This document shows, in pieces, positions 53,292-63,950 of a stretch of 63,950 nt of DNA. The notes beneath the pieces were generated by a model, which worked only from the letters and a program-made list of their open reading frames with translations, did not search any database and was not told the origin of the DNA. The stretch comes from Octopus bimaculoides. Lineage: Eukaryota. Within the stretch, counting starts at the first letter, position 1. Every line of letters begins with the position of its first letter. The position numbers and the translations under genes were made by a program. The stretch covers positions 26,403,729 to 26,467,678 of the forward strand of contig NC_069001.1 of the NCBI RefSeq assembly GCF_001194135.2, given 5' to 3'.

Positions 53292-53736
53292 GTAAGTACC
53301 ACGGGGATTTCTAACACAATTCGCTGTCTTTTTGAGCTGATTGAAACGAAAATCTTGTTTCAGTATAATATCCATTCATTTATTTCCTTACCATTACTCT
53401 TTGAATATTCCAAATGTATTTATAACATATGACAATCTCGTTATATAGCAAGCGCCCTGCGCAATTTCTGTTCAAAGATCCTCTTTACAACTGCAACCTC
53501 ACAGAGTTTTGACAAGAAATAAATTAGTTGTACAATGCAACTGTTTATTACTGATTTCTATACAAAAGATAAAAGAAATGCCAAAGGATTAAACTAAGAT
53601 TAGGTGACGTTCATTCATTCTGTTTGACAATGGATATATCAATCTCGGTGGAGTGAAACTTAAATACAAAACTATTTAGGTAAAATACAGAATAAGCATG
53701 CCATATTCATGAGATGTGTATACATGTATATATGTA

Positions 53737-53797
<61 letters not shown>

Positions 53798-54209
53798 NNN
53801 NNNNNNNNNNNNNNNNNNNNNNNNNNNNNNNNNNNNNNNNNNNNNNNNNNNNNNNNNNNNNNNNNNNNNNNNNNNNNNNNNNNNNNNNNNNNNNNNNNNN
53901 NNNNNNNNNNNNNNNNNNNNNNNNNNNNNNNNNNNNNNNNNNNNNNNNNNNNNNNNNNNNNNNNNNNNNNNNNNNNNNNNNNNNNNNNNNNNNNNNNNNN
54001 NNNNNNNNNNNNNNNNNNNNNNNNNNNNNNNNNNNNNNNNNNNNNNNNNNNNNNNNNNNNNNNNNNNNNNNNNNNNNNNNNNNNNNNNNNNNNNNNNNNN
54101 NNNNNNNNNNNNNNNNNNNNNNNNNNNNNNNNNNNNNNNNNNNNNNNNNNNNNNNNNNNNNNNNNNNNNNNNNNNNNNNNNNNNNNNNNNNNNNNNNNNN
54201 NNNNNNNNN

Positions 54210-54255
<46 letters not shown>

Positions 54256-56029
54256 CACAAGCACATGGATAGAAAAAGGTAGAGTAAGGGAATGTATTAT
54301 ATGTTCGGACAGTTTTTACACTGGATTTTCTACCTGAAACAAGTGATTGTTTATATAGAGTACAATTTTAATTGGGACTAATTAATTAGAATGAACGTAA
54401 GAAAATTCAATTGATTTCTTCTTTAAGACTTAATCATTGAATGGCATCAGCAGTGAAATATTGTTTGTATCAATAAGTTCTTTAAGAATACATTTTTCCC
54501 ACCTTGTTGACTACGAGTCAGTGAAATAACCAATCTCGTTCAAATCCAATGTAAAATTGTATAATTGTAGTTCAAGATACACAACCTATTCGAAGAATGA
54601 ATAAAGGGATGACATGCTAATGGTCGAACATTTTACACGACAGTGAAAAAGGACATATGAATAGGATAGGGAAACATGTATATTTAGCAAGTAAAATGCC
54701 ATGTCACGATCGAAAATCGAACTTGTGTCAAGATCTTGAACTACGTATGTATTCTTGTCTTGGACGCTGGCAAATAATAAATGCAAAATATTTGCAAGTC
54801 TAGTGTTCAAATATTTGAAGTTTGTTGTCTCAGATACTAGTTTCTTATCTTTCTTGTATGATTCTTTTCCTTGTTCGCCAATTGAATATCTTCTTTGAAA
54901 ACTGTTTTTGTTGACCCTCTCTTCTCCGTTCATTTATTTCTATAAATTCGATTGGATAAGAAGAAAGAAATGGTAGAATAGATATTAGAAACAAAAATGA
55001 GAAACAGTAAACGTAAAATATTTGAACACTACTCACGCAAATGGAAATAGAAATATGTAAATAAAATAGTATCCAAAAATCCCATTGTGAATATATAGAC
55101 ATTGATCGATTCATACACATTATTTGCCTATCACTCTCGCTTTCTATCTTCTTTTCTTTGCTTTCTTCCTCGCTCTGTTCACTGACAAAGATATTCACAA
55201 GAATTTACCTACAGAAATACATGATTCGCAATGATAACAAAAATATAAAAGGAACAACCATTGCAGACCGCATGCATAAACCGTCAAGAAACAATGTCAA
55301 ACGTCTGTTTAAATGAGTTACTTAGGAAAACAAATGTTGTATACAAATGACTAGCTTTTGTAACGCCTTGAAATATTCTGCTTCGGAAAAATCATAAAGA
55401 CACACACGTAACCAAAATTCACAGCAAACACACACACAGATACAAAGATATATATATATACAAATGCAACCAACATAAAGACACATGCTCAAACATTTTA
55501 TAGGCATGAGAATTTAACTCTATTATAACGATGGATAGCTATTTGTTTGATGTTATATTACCTGGAATTACATTGTTCCATTCTGCTATATAACATTGTG
55601 ATCAGAGTAGACATATCGATCAAATTGCTAAAATTTTTCTCAAAAATAGATGCATAAAAATAAACATAAACTTATACACATAAAACAAATTATAGAAATA
55701 AAAAAACTATACTTACACACAAAAAAAAAGAAAGGAAATTCCTACAAAACTTGCACAGTATTTCCAACAATGAAAACACTGTGCAACTTAGATAAAAACA
55801 ACTATTCTGTTGCCTTCTATTTGTACATGTTTTTTTTTTCCCCCGCTCACCATTTTCTAAATATTTATTGTTATTGCGAAGTAAATGTAAACAGAATTTC
55901 AGTAGATAAAATGGAAATGAATATAAAATGGATCGGCAGATACATATACATATGTACATAAAGATACATACATACATACTCATACACTTACACATATATG
56001 TACATAAGGAAAATCTATAATATTGTTCA

Positions 56030-56215
56030 CAGATATTGGCACAAGACCAGCAATTTCGTGGGAGGCTGTACGTCGATTACATCGACCCCAGTAATCAGCT
56101 GGTTTATTTTTCTATCCAGCTCGAAGGATGAAATGCTAAGTCAACACCGGCTGCATTTGAACCAAGAAAATATAGATGCTCATGACGTTAGGCATTTTGC
56201 TCGGTGTATTTTGAG
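56030..56215 (-). mobile_element. SINE family B (diverged)
   Basis: GGCACAAGACCAGCAATTTCG...GTCGATTACATCGACCCCAG...CGAAGGATGAAA. Confidence 0.8.
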
Positions 56216-56274
56216 AACATGTCATGCAACAGTTTGATTATTAGTTTTGCTCTATACTGGTAGTGGCAAACATT

Positions 56275-56548
56275 TGTTGTTCAGATCCCTTTTTGAACGA
56301 GATGGGCTACTCGACCTGAAAAAATTCTAACATACCCCCCAACTGCAAGATCATGAATTGTTTATCTTGGTATGTAATCACCATGTCACGCAGATATGGT
56401 TTTGATGTGTGTCTGGTTTACCCTTATGAGACGGGTAGCCGTGACGGGTATACTCGACTTCGTATATTTTACCCCAGGCTCACTCTTTGATGGCGTGTAC
56501 TAATTTCTCGCTCAACAACAACAACAATAATAATAATAATAATAATAG
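56275..56548 (+). mobile_element. Family C retroelement 3' end with (AAC/AAT)n tail
   Basis: Aligns with 51500-51762. Confidence 0.75.
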
Positions 56549-57304
56549 CATTTATCATCTAGAAGTGTGCAAGATATCGAGGACCGAATCACACGACGAA
56601 AAATAACGCACTAAATGGAATGATTGATCATTACGGGAAACACGAATAAAATTTGACGTGACAGACACAACCATCTCCGGTTGAATGTCCTCTCGCAGGA
56701 TCATGTCTTAAGTGTTCTTAAGTAATAAGAAATAAGAAAAAAGGCAACATCAGCATTTTATATATATATATACATTTTATATATATATATATATNNNNNN
56801 NNNNNNNNNNNNNNNNNNNNNNNNNNNNNNNNNNNNNNNNNNNNNNNNNNNNNNNNNNNNNNNNNNNNNNNNNNNNNNNNNNNNNNNNNNNNNNATGTAC
56901 ATTATTTAGGTACTCATTCACTTATGCACACACGTCAATCCGTAGACGCATATATCTGTTTGAATTTCCAAATATACGTATTCATTGATTAGTATTGCTT
57001 AGTACACACTGAGGTTTTACAAAGATATATATGTTGTATTAAAATGTCTGCAACAAATTATACTAATGCAACTTAGTATAATCTAAGTAAGTGGCATAGT
57101 AGTCTGTCAATGCGCCATGTACAGATACATATCACATATTGTTTCATATATACATATATATAGATTTTAGAGATGTTCAACTAAAATGCGACATTCCTAC
57201 TTTTTACTTGTTCCCAATGTTTTTTTTTCCTTTCACGTTCATTTATTTAAAGAAATGTACTTTGACTGTCGATGAATATTCCAATATTACCTAAACACGA
57301 TTGT

Positions 57305-57405
57305 CTACACGTTCTGAGTTCAAGACTCGCTGATGTCAATTTTGCTTTTCATATTTTGGATGCCGATGAAATAAGTTGAGCACTAGGATGGTTGTAATCG
57401 ACTTA
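57305..57405 (+). mobile_element. SINE family B fragment (the only clear plus-strand copy)
   Basis: ACGTTCTGAGTTCAAGACTCGCTGATGTCAATTTTGCTTTTCAT. Confidence 0.7.
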
Positions 57406-57931
57406 TCTCTATATTGCTGTGACCAAATTTTGTAGCCGGAGTATATATATATATATATNNNNNNNNNNNNNNNNNNNNNNNNNNNNNNNNNNNNNNNNNN
57501 NNNNNNNNNNNNNNNNNNNNNNNNNNNNNNNNNNNNNNNNNNNNNNNNNNNNNNNNNNNNNNNNNNNNNNNNNNNNNNNNNNNNNNNNNNNNNNNNNNNN
57601 NNNNNNNNNNNNNNNNNNNNNNNNNNNNNNNNNNNNNNNNNNNNNNNNNNNNNNNNNNNNNNNNNNNNNNNNNNNNNNNNNNNNNNNNNNNNNNNNNNNN
57701 NNNNNNNNNNNNNNNNNNNNNNNNNNNNNNNNNNNNNNNNNNNNNNNNNNNNNNNNNNNNNNNNNNNNNNNNNNNNNNNNNNNNNNNNNNNNNNNNNNNN
57801 NNNNNNNNNNNNNNNNNNNNNNNNNNNNNNNNNNNNNNNNNNNNNNNNNNNNNNNNNNNNNNNNNNNNNNNNNNNNNNNNNNNNNNNNNNNNNNNNNNNN
57901 NNNNNNNNNNNNNNNNNNNNNNNNNNNNNNN

Positions 57932-57968
<37 letters not shown>

Positions 57969-58049
57969 CTCCTATCATTAGACGACGCATGAGGGTCTGG
58001 CAGTTTCTTGCCGAACAGCCTCACAGATATTTGGTCAAATATTTGTGTT

Positions 58050-58205
58050 TACAAAAACTCATTCCCTTCATCAAATCGACATTACCTGTACAGGTGAACC
58101 GTGTGACACCTGTCAGATTATGAAATGATCGCAGAGCATCGTGAAATGTAATAGCTTGCTCAAGAACACAACGCAACACCCGGTCTGGGAATTGAAACTA
58201 CGATC
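58050..58205 (-). mobile_element. tRNA-derived SINE fragment
   Basis: CTTGCTCAAGAACACAACGC..CCCGGTCTGGGAATTGAAACTACGATC; head related to the 558-941 element. Confidence 0.7.
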
Positions 58206-58361
58206 AGTATTTGGTGTCAGTATTTGCGGTTTGCCCCAAACCACTTGACAATTAATAATGGCTCGCCAGCTACGTGTAGCTTAGTGGTTCAGCCCCCATC
58301 AACAAAAAAAAAACCGGTAAAAGAAATAAAATACTTCAAAAATATGTACTAAGTTCTATAT

Positions 58362-58612
58362 ATGTGCGTGTGGAAGGTTAGGTTGTTGGATTCATGATTG
58401 TAAGATTGTGGTTTCAATTCCTGGACCAGGCAATGCGTTTTGTTCTTGAGTAAAACACATTATTTCACGTTACTCCAGACTCCTTAGGAGGCTAAAATGA
58501 GTAATTCTACGACGTACTAGCGCCGCGTCCAGGGAGAAAATATATACATAACGGAGACCGGGAAACCGGCCTTATGAGTCTATATGGCTCGAGAAGGATT
58601 ATTGCTGTTGCC
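58362..58612 (+). mobile_element. tRNA-derived SINE (diverged)
   Basis: B-box-like GGTTTCAATTCC, then TGTTCTTGAGTAAAACAC (CORE-like) and ACGGAGACCGGGAAACCGGC. Confidence 0.7.
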
Positions 58613-59569
58613 AATATATATATTAGTAAAGCTTTCAAGCATCTACTCCAACATGGCCACAATTCTATGGCATAAACAAATAAACGTTAACAAAGGACAG
58701 CTTTATTTCAGACGTTATCATATTTTCAAAGCCAGTCAGACACAGCATAATTACGGAAACTGTTTCGAAGCCTCTATCTACCTGGAGTATAGAATTATAT
58801 TTGTGCATTTGTCTATGCGACTAACTAATTATGCAGTGATCTTAGAAACCTGATGTCTCAACTGAAAGAATGTAAACAGATAAACATTTTCAAATCTGGA
58901 ACACTGAAATATGAAAGTTGTTTTTAATTTTATCATACATAAATTTACTTCTTTTACGGCGACCAGAAAGAGCATAGGCTAGATATTATCGCAAAACACA
59001 ATCCCCGACCGATTCCGCTCCACTCTGATACATTCTCAAGATATGCTTGCACATGATGTCAAACATGCTTTCTCCTTCTATCATTTACATGCAGTATGTG
59101 AGCGTTCAATGGAAGCACATCGTTTTGCTGACATCCTAAAACATGGCTATCCTTTCTTTTGAATCCTGCATGTCGTAATATTTTATATAGTTTACATTTT
59201 GTAGAGATGTTTCAATGGAGATTTGGCGTGTAGTATTAGCCTGATCGATCGATCGATCAAATAAACGGACAAGCTAGTTCGTGCGCTCGATTGCTAGTTC
59301 AACTATATTTTTGATATGTAGATTTAACCTGCCATTATTGACAGAAGACGTGGTTTCGTCAGAAATAGAAAAGCCAGCAAACATGTATGATTGTACCTGT
59401 CGTTCTGAGAGATCGAAATCTATGACAGTTTCTAGTTTATCTGGATCAGCGATCATATAAAAATAGTAGGGAGCCAATTTTTAAGAATCAAATATAGAAA
59501 ATATATATTGACGCATGTTTCGATGTGGCGTGTTCATATCTTTCTGTCTGTCTCTGTTTTTTTATCTGT

Positions 59570-59609
<40 letters not shown>

Positions 59610-59653
59610 AAAAAAGTCAAGGTAGAAAATGCTAAAATGATTTTATAAAAAAA

Positions 59654-59697
59654 CATTTCAGTACCGGTTTCAGTCATCGAGACTTTTTCAACTCTAA
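59654..59697 (-). ncRNA. Minimal hammerhead ribozyme motif with variant U3-A8 core
   Basis: Minus strand: GAG-UUGAAAA-AGUC(UCGAU)GACU-GAAA-CCGG-U-A-CUG. Perfect 4-bp stem II and palindromic ACCGGU stem III, but stem I has only 2 contiguous bp. Confidence 0.6.
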
Positions 59698-60019
59698 GTA
59701 TGGAAAACAATTAAATATTGGAAAAATTAAATCAAATTTTTTTTAAAAAAGAATATTTGAATACTATTCAAATACAAGGGGCATTTTCCTTGTTTCTGCT
59801 TGTCTCTGTGTCTCTTCTTTACTCTTGTGGTTTCGATATGCGTATGGGTTTTACTACATAAGTATGCGGGCCTATATAGTATATACACACACACATATAT
59901 ATATATGTGTGTATGCACGTGCGTATACAAATATACACTTCTCTCTTTCTCTGATTCCTCAGCTGCCGCTATCACATTCACCAGTACAATAAACACCCCC
60001 GTCAATTTTTAGAAACTTG

Positions 60020-60790
60020 ACCATTATCTCTTCTTTTTCTCTTTTGAGGTATCCTACTCACTCTGGTCATCCCTCTGTACCATTTTCTGTACTTAGCCCT
60101 CCACCTTAGAGTCTTTCAAACATATCACCCCACCTCCCACTCCTCACACATATTCATTCTTTTCATTCTTCTATTTTCCTATCCTTACCCTACGCCTCTT
60201 CCATCCTCCTCATAATATCTTGACCACCAACTAACACTCCTTTTCTCATTTTCTCTTCCTCCTTCTTTGTTTTCTTTACTCACCTATTCCTTATGACCAT
60301 TCTCCTTATTTAACATTCACATATTATCTCTCTTCTCTATCTTCTTAATACCAACACTAAAATGTCATTCACACCAGAAGACAAGTTTGGAATGAACAGC
60401 ACATGGAATCTACGTCTCCACACTTTCCATTTCTAATTACAAAATATGAACTCCTATCGGAATCTACATACTATGGACAAGATGCATTTCTAACACTTCT
60501 ACACATGACTTTCCTTGGATAATGAAACTACAGCTATAACATCCTACATATATCTGTACATATATATTTTAAACTTTACTCTCTTATTTTCCTTTATACT
60601 TCTTATTTCAATCCTTTTCCAGAATAACTCCTCATATTGAACTCTACTATGCCCCTCTATGTAACCATCTGACATCGTCTCTGATGAAGAGATATTCCTA
60701 ATATTCCCGAAACATCTGTACGACTAACTTTTTCTTTATTAATGTCCTGAAAATATCACATAGCCTTGGTTTTGTTGTCTCATTTTATGT
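60020..60790 (+). mobile_element. Probable Penelope-like terminal remnant
   Basis: C/T-rich non-tandem sequence ending in a PLE-type hammerhead motif. Boundaries approximate. Confidence 0.55.
60676..60724 (+). ncRNA. Decayed minimal hammerhead ribozyme motif
   Basis: CGUCU-CUGAUGA-AGAGAUAUU(CCU)AAUAUUCCC-GAAA-CAUCUG-U-A-CGAC. Intact core; mismatches in stems I and II; ACAUCUGU is one change from the palindrome ACAGCUGU. Confidence 0.7.
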
Positions 60791-60808
60791 AATACACACA
60801 CACACACA

Positions 60809-60839
<31 letters not shown>

Positions 60840-62104
60840 NNNNNNNNNNNNNNNNNNNNNNNNNNNNNNNNNNNNNNNNNNNNNNNNNNNNNNNNNNNNN
60901 NNNNNNNNNNNNNNNNNNNNNNNNNNNNNNNNNNNNNNNNNNNNNNNNNNNNNNNNNNNNNNNNNNNNNNNNNNNNNNNNNNNNNNNNNNNNNNNNNNNN
61001 NNNNNNNNNNNNNNNNNNNNNNNNNNNNNNNNNNNNNNNNNNNNNNNNNNNNNNNNNNNNNNNNNNNNNNNNNNNNNNNNNNNNNNNNNNNNNNNNNNNN
61101 NNNNNNNNNNNNNNNNNNNNNNNNNNNNNNNNNNNNNNNNNNNNNNNNNNNNNNNNNNNNNNNNNNNNNNNNNNNNNNNNNNNNNNNNNNNNNNNNNNNN
61201 NNNNNNNNNNNNNNNNNNNNNNNNNNNNNNNNNNNNNNNNNNNNNNNNNNNNNNNNNNNNNNNNNNNNNNNNNNNNNNNNNNNNNNNNNNNNNNNNNNNN
61301 NNNNNNNNNNNNNNNNNNNNNNNNNNNNNNNNNNNNNNNNNNNNNNNNNNNNNNNNNNNNNNNNNNNNNNNNNNNNNNNNNNNNNNNNNNNNNNNNNNNN
61401 NNNNNNNNNNNNNNNNNNNNNNNNNNNNNNNNNNNNNNNNNNNNNNNNNNNNNNNNNNNNNNNNNNNNNNNNNNNNNNNNNNNNNNNNNNNNNNNNNNNN
61501 NNNNNNNNNNNNTAAATAAATAAATAAATAAATAAATAAATCCAAATTTTCAGATCTAGAACACACATAAACACCTGTTACAATAAGCCTGTTGCTCATT
61601 TTTTGTCTCACAACTACAGCAAGAGCAGCAGCAGCAACACATCTACATACAAATGCATATGAATGAAACAAATCGACAGAAATGAACGGAAACATCTGGT
61701 TTAGACGTATTTTCTAACAAATGAATTTTTTTTTTATTTGAATATTAAAAAAAAAAGATAAGAAATTATATACTTGCTCTTTCACGCTCTAATTCAATCG
61801 GTTTCTCCCGATTTTATTGCTGCTGCTACTGCTGCTGCTGTTGACATATAGTCAATTTGGTCAATATATTATTTAATTGGTAACGTTTACGATAGCTGGA
61901 GGACACCTCTCGTTTTTCAGCGTACGTAATGTTCAGATAAAAATAATCATGGTGTATGTCACTTGAAGACCAGTATTGTGAATTGAAAAGGATATGAATG
62001 AGAATTAATATTATAGAATTCCGAAAAACTGCTCATCGGTTATATGATATTGCTAATAATAAAAGTTCTGGGTTTAGGCATAAAGGCAGCAAGTTTGAGA
62101 TGAA

Positions 62105-62195
62105 AACCTCAGTACGTTACTGGTACGTTATTTTCTGGTTACTGCCGGAATGGAAAGTAAATTTCAGGCCGACCGGGGCTGCACTCAGAACTTGA
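62105..62195 (-). mobile_element. SINE family B fragment (diverged)
   Basis: CTCAGTACGTTACTGGTACG...GGAATGGAAAGTAAA...CACTCAGAAC. Confidence 0.55.
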
Positions 62196-62297
62196 AATCA
62201 TAAAAGGAATAACCGTCGAAAGGATAAAAGGTAAACTCAGTCTCAATGCTGTTATTAATAATGGTTTCAAGTTTTAGCGCAAGGCCAGCAATTTCGG

Positions 62298-62626
62298 GGG
62301 GCGTAAACACACCAATATCGGTTGTTAAGCGGTAGTGTGGGACAAACACACATATAAAAGAAAGGCACACACGCAGACAGACACACCAATACGCACACAC
62401 GCTTACACAGATGCATACAGGGAAACACACAAACATATATATTATATACATGATAGGCTTCTTTCAGTTTCCATCTACGAAATCCACTCAAAACTTTGGT
62501 CTGCCTGAGGCTATAGTAGAAGGCACTTGCCTATGATGCCACGCCGTGGACTGAACCCGAAACAATGTGGTTGGGAAAGCAAACTTTTTCCGACCTGCGT
62601 CTAGTATATTACCACGCAGCCACACC
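62298..62626 (-). mobile_element. SINE family A
   Basis: GGCTTCTTTCAGTTTCCATCTACGAAATCCACTC...GACTGAACCCGAAACAATGTGGTTGGG...TTACCACGCAGCCAC. Confidence 0.88.
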
Positions 62627-63333
62627 ATTCACGACTAATATATTTTTTACTACTTATTCCTACAGTAAGTATAATTCATTGACATCCACAACGGACCTCG
62701 TTATTTTTCTACGATGGAGAGCAACCTCAAACAATCATTTATCGATAGCAGGCGTCAAGAACATATATCTTCGAGAGCATCTACAACCAGCCTAGAGAAA
62801 TATTAAATGATAACATTGAGAGGACTCTGAATCAAACATAGTTCAATTATATCGTCGTTGGCTACTTAGATTAACATAATGCTGGGAGCGTCATTTTTAT
62901 TATCATACCGCCATGAGCAACAGAGAAATTATACCATGAACCGCGAGTTAAAGTAGTTATAGAAGATAGCTTAATTTAAACGCATTATATACTTTCGAGA
63001 GCAACTTGTAATCCTATTCTTATCGATTAATAAAGCATGAAATTTCATAGAAAAGCATTTAAACACACTGGTGTATTGAAACTATTTCTGCTATCCGAGA
63101 GTGCCTACGGTGAATACATTTGTTAACAATACAATCATAGTTATAGTAGGAGACCTTGTAGCGCAATTTTATATTCTTAAGTAAAGAAGAGGGATATTAG
63201 GTAACTAGATAGCCATGGTATACGAAGCACTCTCCTTTAAAACAACCCGGAAATAAGTTTTAAATATAGCAGAGAAACATAAGGCATTTTTTAATTATAT
63301 ATGTATTAAATTATTTACAGTTTCTATATTCAG

Positions 63334-63536
63334 GTCTTCAAAGGTATAGAAAAGGACAAAATTTATCCCTTAAACAGAAACCTAGACCGAATGATTGTAA
63401 CATAGTAAACTTTGCTGATGTTGCATCAAAAGTGACGTTGGTTGTAGACCGAGCAGCGACGCAATATGCTGACGGAATATCAAAATTCTTATCAAACAAG
63501 TCACCCTGTGATAAATATAAAACCAACAGAACCTAA
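63334..63536 (+). CDS. Candidate terminal exon (LQRYRKGQNLSLKQKPRPND...DKYKTNRT*)
   Basis: tttctatattcag|GT followed by 66 open codons to TAA at 63534-63536; no homology recognised. Confidence 0.15.
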
Positions 63537-63889
63537 CGTTTCTTAATCCGTTTAGTAGTGTTTGCGAAAATGGCGGTTCAAGTGTTATTAATGGAGCTTA
63601 GTATTATCATAGTAATAATTTCGTTTATGAGGCTAGTGGCGGCCAGCGTTTTCTCAAGACAGTTTCATGACAGCTTATAACAGAGGGTCGTTAACATTGA
63701 CGTCATTACTGATGTAGTTAGATGGGTTGTTTGTTTGTTTGTCTATTTGTTAGCATGTTTAGTTGGTTTTGTTTAGTTGTGTATTACAGTGTAGTGTTCG
63801 ATGTTTGTTATTATTGCTATAACTACTGGATGTTATTGCTTTGTCCTTGTCAGGCATCCACACTACTGTCAACGCGTTTATATATATGA

Positions 63890-63925
<36 letters not shown>

Positions 63926-63950
63926 CTGAATGCATACACATGTATACAAT

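Larger units (their letters stand above)
1..63950. repeat. Dozens of (TA)n, (CA)n, (GA)n, (TACA)n and (AAT)n microsatellites; 14 N-gaps, mostly abutting them
   Basis: Gaps at about 4862, 10766, 12702, 21300, 22365, 29171, 37809, 43027, 47039, 51922, 53798, 56795, 57459 and 60840. Confidence 0.98.

Noticed and set aside
52356-53432. 358-aa F/L/S-rich ORF, the longest gap-free ORF in the track
   Set aside because: A pyrimidine-rich strand rarely forms stop codons; low-complexity product with no domain.
54586-55198. Two overlapping minus-strand ORFs of 115 and 117 aa
   Set aside because: No recognisable motif; purine-skewed composition explains the openness.
1-63950. Numerous ORFs made of YI, HT, CV, ER or X runs
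   Set aside because: They are translations of microsatellites and N-gaps, not genes.
1-63950. CRISPR arrays, rRNA or prokaryotic systems
   Set aside because: No regularly spaced repeat-spacer array or rRNA-like sequence; the DNA is clearly eukaryotic and repeat-rich.

Overview
AT-rich, microsatellite-dense eukaryotic DNA with 14 assembly gaps. The SINE families and composition point to an octopus (O. bimaculoides-like) genome; this is inference, not a database match. No protein-coding gene, true tRNA, rRNA or CRISPR array could be confidently identified, and nearly all tracked ORFs are microsatellite, N-gap or antisense-repeat artefacts. The window is a patchwork of transposon relics: several tRNA-derived SINE families, a Tc1 relic with DD36E spacing, two internally deleted mariners, a hAT MITE with a perfect 8-bp TSD, two long foldback MITEs, a GG-ended MITE with a telomere-like hairpin, CR1-like and R4/Dong-like LINE fragments, and Penelope-like (PLE) remnants. 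The most interesting signal is three different minimal hammerhead-ribozyme motifs (31.0, 59.7 and 60.7 kb), one with the compensatory U3-A8 core, plus a frameshifted PLE GIY-YIG endonuclease at 5.2 kb. A strong SINE orientation bias and four phase-compatible exon candidates weakly suggest the window is intronic to a plus-strand gene.
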